DNA of 64,000 nucleotides from the human T2T-CHM13v2.0 reference genome, Homo sapiens: NCBI RefSeq assembly GCF_009914755.1, contig NC_060938.1; one strand, 5' to 3'. Shown piece by piece: positions 56,480 to 64,000 of this stretch (position 1 is its first letter; each line of letters starts with the position of its first letter). The notes under the pieces were generated by a model. It saw only the letters and a program-made list of their open reading frames with translations, ran no database searches and was not told where the DNA came from. The position numbers and the translations under genes were made by a program.

Positions 56480-59060
56480 AAATAAGTTTTATTGCATTTT
56501 CTAAGGCATTGCTTGGAATTTGCCTAGTGGGCAGAATGGAGTGGTGGTCTTTGTTGTTCTGGTGTAAGTGTGGTCTTAGGTGGGTGTTACCTCCTTGGCT
56601 GTCATGGGTGTGGCCTTCTTATTAATCCTTCCTCTTTCTCAGATGTAGGAGACATCTCATGACCTGGGCCCAGGCTCTATTCCTGCCACTCTACAGTGTT
56701 AGAGGTTGAGGTTATTTTATTTTATTATTATTATTTTTTTTTCGGTTGTTGTTTTTTTCCTGTTCCCTTTCCCCAGTTGCAGAGGTCTTCAACTGTGCCC
56801 AAAAGCCAACAGGATTTTCTGTCCTTCCCCCAATGGCTTAAGTCTATTTTTTCCTAGGAAAGATGGACAAGAATCTGTGTAGATTTAGTGCTGTTTTCCA
56901 CAGTGCCTGCTGTTTCCCTCTACCAAGAATGGACTAAAAGGGAGGCTTTCTCTAGTCTCTCCCTCAGCCCCCAGTCTTTCTCATTAGCATCCAGTGAAGG
57001 TGGTTGAGAAGAGTCTGTGAGTGGGTGTAAATTTCTATTTTGTCTGCAGCTCCTAGAAGTTTTGTGCTCTCTTGCTAACTCATACTTGGTCTTTAGCAGT
57101 CTGTTAAAACTTTTAGCTGAAATTCTTCCTAATGGCTTGTCAGGGGTCCACTGTCTGTCTCAGGTAAGCAAATTCTAGTATCTTGTCTCCCTTTGGAGGC
57201 TCCTGTCTTTTCTTAAATTTTGGGTTATTTTGGTTGCCCTAAAAGCCAAGTGCTTTCTAATGGGTTCAATAAAAGTTATAATTTTGCAAATCTCTTCTTT
57301 TTCTTTTTTTTTTTTAAGGAGTGGGAGACAATCTTTTCCAATGGGAAGAGTATTATAATTCTTGTTAGTCAGTATTTTATATCTACCTACACATGTACTC
57401 AATCTTCCCTTCTACATTTCCATAATTCCATATGAGACTGTTTTCTGTTAGCTTCAAAAATTCCATTTAGTACTTCTCATAGTGCCAGTTTGCTGGTTAT
57501 GAATTTCTTAGCATATATGTGTTTGAAATGTATTTTCCTTTATTTTTGAAGTAAAATTCTGAATTGGTAGTTCTTTTTTTGTTTCAGCACTTTAAATATA
57601 TCATTGCATTGTCTTCCAGCTTTGAAATTTTTTGTTGAATATTTAGACCTCATTCTTATTGTTCTTTTGAAGCTAATATTCTGTTCTGCACTGGCTGTTT
57701 CTGCGAGTTCTCTTTGTTTTCTTAAGCAGTTTTACCATGATGTATTTAGGTGTGATCTGCTTTTTATTTATCTTGATTTCGTGTTTGATGTTTCATTCAT
57801 TTTGGAGAATTTTTGGCCCCTATTTCTTCAGATATTGCTTCTGCCACATTTCCTTTTCTCCTTCTATAATTTGTATTACACACACACACACACACACAGA
57901 CATATGTATATATGTCATACACTATTTGTGCTTTTTTTACTATCCGGTTTTAAAAAATGTACTTCAGTGTAGGCATTTTCAGTTTGCTTATTTTCTGCTT
58001 TGCTTTGTCTAATCTGCCATTGGGTTCATCAATTGGATTATTTCACTTAGCAATAATTGTGTACTCATTGGCTATGATACTGCCACTGTGCAAAGCTATC
58101 AATTGGATTCTTAATTTTAGTTATAGAATACTTTTAAGTTCTAGATTTTCCATTTGAGTCCCCTTATAAACAGATTCTACATCTCTATTTAAATATTCAT
58201 GCTTAAAAAATTTTAAAAACATATTAATCTTAATAATTTTAAAGTCCTTGTCTGATAACTTCATTGTTAGAATTGCTTGTGGTTCTATTTCTGTTGACTG
58301 ATTTTCTCTTCGGTTTTATGTCATTTGGTACTGTTTTTTCAGTAAGCCCAGTAATTTGTGACTTACTGCCAAACATTGTGCATCAAAAATTGTTGAGGCT
58401 GTCCATGATTTTTTCTTCTTTTTCCCTGCTGGCTGGGAGCTGGAATACCAGTGGATTACCTTGACACTTTCAAGGGCTTATTTTAGGCTTTGTTTGGGTA
58501 GGTTTATTGCAGTCTTACCTTTGTTCTTAGAGATGGCTCTTATTGCTAACCTGCAGTGCCTCACATCTCAATGAAAGTCCAAGTATTTATCAAGTGTACT
58601 TTACCTTAGTAGAATTTGACCACCAAACTCTGACTTCCCCCAAACATACAGGTGATAAAATCTCTGCTTAGCTTTTTAGTTTCCCAGCTGCCAGCTTAGG
58701 AATTGGCCAACAACTTGGGGGAAATTTTTACTCATATTTTTGGGTTCACTCTTCTGTGCTTACCTACTCCCAGGAATTTTGTCCCAGCTGCTTTGGCTGA
58801 TTTTACCATTTTCTCTTCATCTCTAGTTCCCCATGGTGGAATTTTGAACAGTGCTCCCAAGGAAATAGTTGAAGTGAATGTGTAGATTACCTTCAGTGCT
58901 TTTCTTCTCTCAAGGATCATAGATTCTTAAGTCCTACCTGTGCCAGTTGTTCTTGAATAGCTTCAAAATTTTGTTCAAACAATTGTGTATATTTTTTCAT
59001 TCAGCTTTTAGAGGTGGCTTTTGTGGGATGGTTATTCTGATAAAAGGTACTCCATCCTTA
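56480..59060 (-). mobile_element. Old L1M/L1ME 5'-ORF1 segments
   Basis: Decayed L1 motifs (ctttagcagtctgttaaaacttttagctgaa, ttcagcactttaaa, ttttaaagtccttgtctgataact). Confidence 0.6.
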
Positions 59061-59729
59061 GTTTTTTAATCGTGTAGTCTTGCTACCTTGCAAACATGTC
59101 CTGTTTATCTTATCTTTAACCAAACATTGGTAGTGTATTCTTTTTCAAACATGTGCTAGTCTTGGCTGTTTGATTCTAAAGTTTATATGGGAAAATGTTT
59201 TATCAATTTCCCATAAAAACCTTATTGTGTTTATCTAATATAAAAAGTAGAGGAAGAAATGGTGTCTTTAAAATATGCCTTTCCACTTAGGAATGTGGAA
59301 TATTTTCTGAATTTTTTCCTGTTACCCTTTTACAAATATTAGTAAAACAGCTCAGATATGAACAATATCTTTATGGTCATAATAATATAAATAGCAACTG
59401 TTGACTTAATGAAAAATTTTGTATATAATATTTGGACAAAGGTGGAAGAGAATGGAAGTCGTGCAAAATAGCTAGAGTTTCATCTACCGCAGGAATTCTA
59501 TAATATTCAAACTTGATAAGTGAAAAGTAGTAGTGTAAATATACTTAGAAAAATGAAGGTAAATACCAGAAGAATCAGCTCTAAGAGTTTAAAATATTGG
59601 CTGCAGAGGAGCAAAATTGCGAGGTGGGACAAAGGATTGCTATTTTTATTACTGATTACTACTCTTTTATTTAAGAAAAGTGATGTATGTGTATTATCCT
59701 TAAAATAAAAATTATGGAAAACAGATAGC

Positions 59730-61130
59730 TTTTTAGTTAATAGACTTTCTAGAGCAGTTTTAAGTTCCCAATAAAATTGATCGGAAAGTGCATAGTTCCC
59801 ATACACCCTGTGTTCTCCATTTTCCCCCCACTATCATTCTTCTCCACCAGAGTGGTAGATTTATTACAATCAGTAAACCTGCAATGAAACATCATTATCA
59901 CCCAAAGTCTAGAGTTTATATTAGCCTGCACTCTTGGTGTTGTATGTTCTATGATTTTTGACAAGTATATAATAATATGCATCTACCATTTATAGCATCA
60001 TACATAATATTTTCACTGCTTTAAAAAATCTTCTGTGCTCTGCTTATTCATAACTCCCTCCTCACTAACCCCTGACAACCACTGATCTTTTTACTGTTTC
60101 TATAATTTTGTCTTTACCAGAATGTTATATAGTTGGACTTATATAGTATATAGGTGTTTCACGTGGGCTTTTTTCACCTATAGTATACATTTAAGATTTC
60201 TCCATATCTTTTCATGGCTTGATAGCTAATTTCTTTTCAGGGCTGTATAATATTCCATTATCTAGATGTAACAGTTTATGTATCCATTCACCTACTGAAG
60301 GACATCTTGGTTGCTTCTAAATTTTGGCAATTATAAATAAAGCTGCTATAAATATCCGTGTACAGGTTTTTGTGTAGACGTGTTTTCAATTCTTTTGGAC
60401 AAATACACAATTGTTGTATCATATAGTGAAATCTTAGTTTTGTAAGAGGCTGCCACACTGTCTTCCAAAGTGGTTATACCATTTTGCATTCCCTCCAACA
60501 ATGAATGAAAGTTCCTGTTGCTTCACATCCTTGCCAGCATTTACCATTTCTAATAAGTATGTAGTAGTGTCTTATTGGTGTTTTAATTTGTAGCCCCTGA
60601 ATGATGTATGAGGGTGAGTGTATTTTCCTATGCTTATTTGCCATTGGTATATATTTTCTGGTGGGTTATCTATTCAAACATTCTGCCCATTTTTAATTGG
60701 GTTTTTCATTTCCTTACTGTTGAGTTTTAAGAGTTGTCTGTATACTTTAGAAAACAATCGTTTATCAGATATATCTTTCACAGATATTTCCTCTCAGTCT
60801 GTGGCATGTCTTATGGTTCTCTTGACAGTGTGTTTTGCAGAGCAGATGTTTTTAATTTAATGCAGTCCAATTTATTATTTATTTCATGGATTGTGCCTTT
60901 GGTGAAATGTTTATTTTTTTCATAATTTTTTGTATATTTTTATGTTATCCAGCCCCAAAATGTCAAAAATATTTCTAAGTGTTTCATTTTGGGGGGTGCT
61001 AATGTAAGTGGTATTCTATTTTAAATTTCAAATTTATTGCTGGTCTATTTTAGTTTTATTGTTGGTATATAGGAAGGCAGTTGACTTTTGAATACTAACC
61101 TTGTACTCTGCACCCTTGCCATAGTCACTT
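59730..61130 (-). mobile_element. L1MC1-like 3' region
   Basis: ctttctagagcagttttaagttc...catcattatcacccaaagtc...tatccattcacctactgaaggacatcttggttgcttc. Confidence 0.8.
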
Positions 61131-61530
61131 GCAAATTGTTAAAAAAAAAACAATAAAATATTTCTCTAATTACATTTTTCTATTGGATCAAATGATACAT
61201 ATTAATTGCTAATATTAAACTATTCTTGAATTCTTGAGGTAAACCTTATTTGGTTATGTGTGGTGATTCTCCAAGTTTGCTACACTTTGCTGTCTTCATT
61301 AAAAAATTAGGTAGCTTTTCTTTTATATGCCTTATAGTAAATTATTACATGTAATGTAGTATCTGAGCCCTCAAAGTTTGGAGTAGCTCTTTGTCCCTGT
61401 CTTTTTGTTTGCTTAGCAACCTGCCCTTTTCCTTAAGTATAGCATGGATCACAATGAGTGGGGGGAATGTCTCCCATGATCCATACAATTGTCATATCAA
61501 AGTATATTTCAAACTGTTGCAATTACCCAT

Positions 61531-61888
61531 TTTCTTAATCTGTTTATGTTGCTATAACTAAATACTTGAGACTGAGTAATTTATAAAGAAAAGACATTTA
61601 TTTCTCACAGTTCTGGAGGTTGGGATATCCAAGATCAAGGCACTGGTATCTGGTGTCTGGTGTCTGGTGAAGGCCTTCTTGCTGCATCCTCACATGGCAG
61701 AAGGTGGAAGGGCAAGAGAGCAAATTCACTGAGTGAGCTCACTATGTGAAGCCTCTTTTGTAAGTGTCTTAGTCCTATTCAGGAAGGAGGAGCCCTCATG
61801 GCCTAATCACCTCTTAAAGTCCCCACCTCTTAATACTACCACTTTGGCAACACCTGGATTTTGAAGGAGACACAGTCAAACCATAGCC
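61531..61888 (-). mobile_element. MST-type (MSTB/C/D) solo LTR
   Basis: ttgctataactaaatacttgagactgagtaatttataaaga...ctaatcacctcttaaag...caaaccatagc; TSD cccat on both sides. Confidence 0.82.
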
Positions 61889-63569
61889 CCCATTTTCTTT
61901 TCTCTTTCATTTGCTAGTTTCTAAGCTTTGTAGAGGCAGCAGCATGTCTGTCTTGGTTACTACTGTAACATCAGAGCCAGTATACCGCATAGCATGTAGA
62001 AGGTACTCAGAGAATATATGAGAATAAATGAATAACAGCTTCTCCTTCTAGTAATGTATTGGCTTTTCCTTTAAGACCAAGTATAGGTACTTTGACACTT
62101 TAAAATTAGGTGTCCTTTTTGCTTTTAAGAGATGAAGTTTTATGTACCTGAAGCTATTAGTTATATTTTTATTTTCAACTACTTTTTTGCCTGCTTGATC
62201 TTTCAGAGACTTAAAATGTTTTTTTAATGCATGTCTTAAATGTTTTTTATACATTTCAATGCTGTGTGTCTCCGCAAAATTGTTTATGATGCTGATGTCT
62301 TCATTGCGAATTTTGTCTTTTATCCTTTGTAAAACTAACTTCTCTGTCATTTAATGCTCTTTGCCTTAAATTTATCTTTTTCTGAAATTAGCCTTTATTT
62401 CATTAAAAATAGGTGGGAAAATGAGAGAAAGTTCCCTGAGAGCTTCTTACTTTTCCTGTTTCCTCCCCTTAGCATCTGTGACTGCAGTATATGGCTTCCC
62501 ATCCTAATTCAGCCTTGACCATGTTATGTCTCTGATAGCCATGCTTTCCAAAATGAATGTAGATCCAATGATATCGATGTAGGACCAAGAAAGAGAATGG
62601 CTGTAGCCATCTCAGAAGTAGAGCCCAAGAAGAGAGATGGAGAGGAACCTCAGTTTCTGGTTGGTAGCTCTAGACCTAGGTCTGTATAAGGGCACATGGA
62701 AGGGATGGGTATAAGCAAAGCTTTTACATCCAGACAGTATTCTGACAGGTTGTTACCTATGTTTCATTGACTGTTTAAAAATGTTTACTATCATCCTTCT
62801 CTCACTAGATATTCCATTTTTTATACTGAAGCATGAGTTGGTTGTTCATTGTATTTCAGTCCAGCCTTACATGCACCACAGTAATACTCTCAGAGGTGAC
62901 ATATCACTGATCACTATCCTTTGGTTCCTGCAGCACCAAGACCTTGCATGTTTTATGTTATGTTGGGAGTTTCACTGTCTTTGACCTGCCCATTGAATCA
63001 GACATGGATCCCTGATTGGAAATACATCTCAAGTCTGTAGTCAGCCATGTTTAATTTGAGTCTTGTGTTCTCCTTTTTTGCCTTCCCCAAGCTGCTTGAA
63101 AAGAGCCTTTTTATTTCAGAGGGAACTTTATATTTTGTGCAGGCGGTGTATTTCTGAAATGTTGCTCATTTTTATTGCAGACTTCTTCACTGCTGGGGGT
63201 TGTGCCAAATGTGGGATTTGATTCCTTGGGAAAGAGAAACCTCTGAGTTTTATATGCCAGAAAGTGTTATTACCCTTATCCTTCTTATCACTGAAGGCTG
63301 TGATGTTCCATCTGAGGTTCTCTATATTGAGAAGACAGCTCTGTGTCCTTCCTGGCCTGGCTGGGTTTTGGAAGGCAGAATTTGCTCAGTTGTGTTATGC
63401 CATTATATGATGTGCTGACTAGTCATTTATGTTTGGCTTCTACCTTCAATTGATTGTCTTGCAATGGTTTGATTAGAGCCCCAAACACAGTGGGTTGTGC
63501 ATTTACTAAGTTGTATTGGACAGTGTTGTGGTTGGGATGACAATGATTATAATCACTATCGCTTCCTGA

Positions 63570-63775
63570 AAGCCTGCTTACTGTACGAGTTCTAAATGCT
63601 TTATGTACACTAAATCATTCAATCCTCCCAACAATTCTGTAAATACTATTAACTCCATTTTACAAAAGAGGAAGCTGAGGCACAGAGCATTTAAACTTAC
63701 CAGGGTCACACAGCTCATATTTGACAGACCAAGATTTGAATATAGGCAGCCTGTCTCTTAACCACAATGTTATGG
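63570..63775 (-). mobile_element. MIR SINE
   Basis: tcattcaatcctcccaacaa...ccattttacaaaagaggaagctgaggcacagag...cagggtcacacagct. Confidence 0.75.
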
Positions 63776-64000
63776 TCTCTCTATACAGAATTAACTGTGA
63801 AATTCCTCTGTTCATTTAAACTTTTAGGTGAGTTGGAAAAATTTTTATATTAATTTATGTGTTAATTATAAGTGTCAAAGTAGGATTAAGGTTTACCTGA
63901 AAAGGCTAATTAAGGAGAACAGGTTTATGACTGAATGGGAAAAGACATTAAAATGTTACCATTCTGAGAGACCAAAGTCTTATGTTCTTCTATTGTACAA

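Noticed and set aside
57604-58464. Hydrophobic Phe/Leu-rich ORFs that look like membrane proteins
   Set aside because: Produced by T-rich antisense L1 sequence; no splice or homology support.

Overview
Human (primate) genomic DNA, AT-rich and mostly intronic, from inside the SYT16 (synaptotagmin-16) gene on the + strand. Two exons can be supported. (1) A 667-nt exon at 31133-31799 carries the canonical start of the soluble, transmembrane-less SYT16 (ATG 31277, MVLAMASQDVQNFFQPF...). (2) A 180-nt phase-1/phase-1 exon at 5419-5598 has no ATG but encodes an intact SYT14-like transmembrane anchor (xTPEAIGFLSAVGVFIVLLAVLFLFINKKLCF...). The splice phases suggest a switch. Skipping the 667-nt exon would put the anchor in frame with the downstream SYT16 exons, giving a membrane-anchored SYT16. 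Including it ends the anchor frame at TAA 31183-31185 (a TM uORF microprotein), and soluble SYT16 starts 91 nt later in another frame. The rest is typical repeat content: Alu, L1, L2, MIR, MaLR/ERVL LTRs including a full LTR-int-LTR THE1D/MSTA-type element, Tigger/MER DNA transposon remnants and microsatellites. One oddity is a ~45-bp locally templated insertion carrying an RFX X-box copied into one LTR. Repeat subfamily names and most repeat boundaries are from visual recognition and are approximate.
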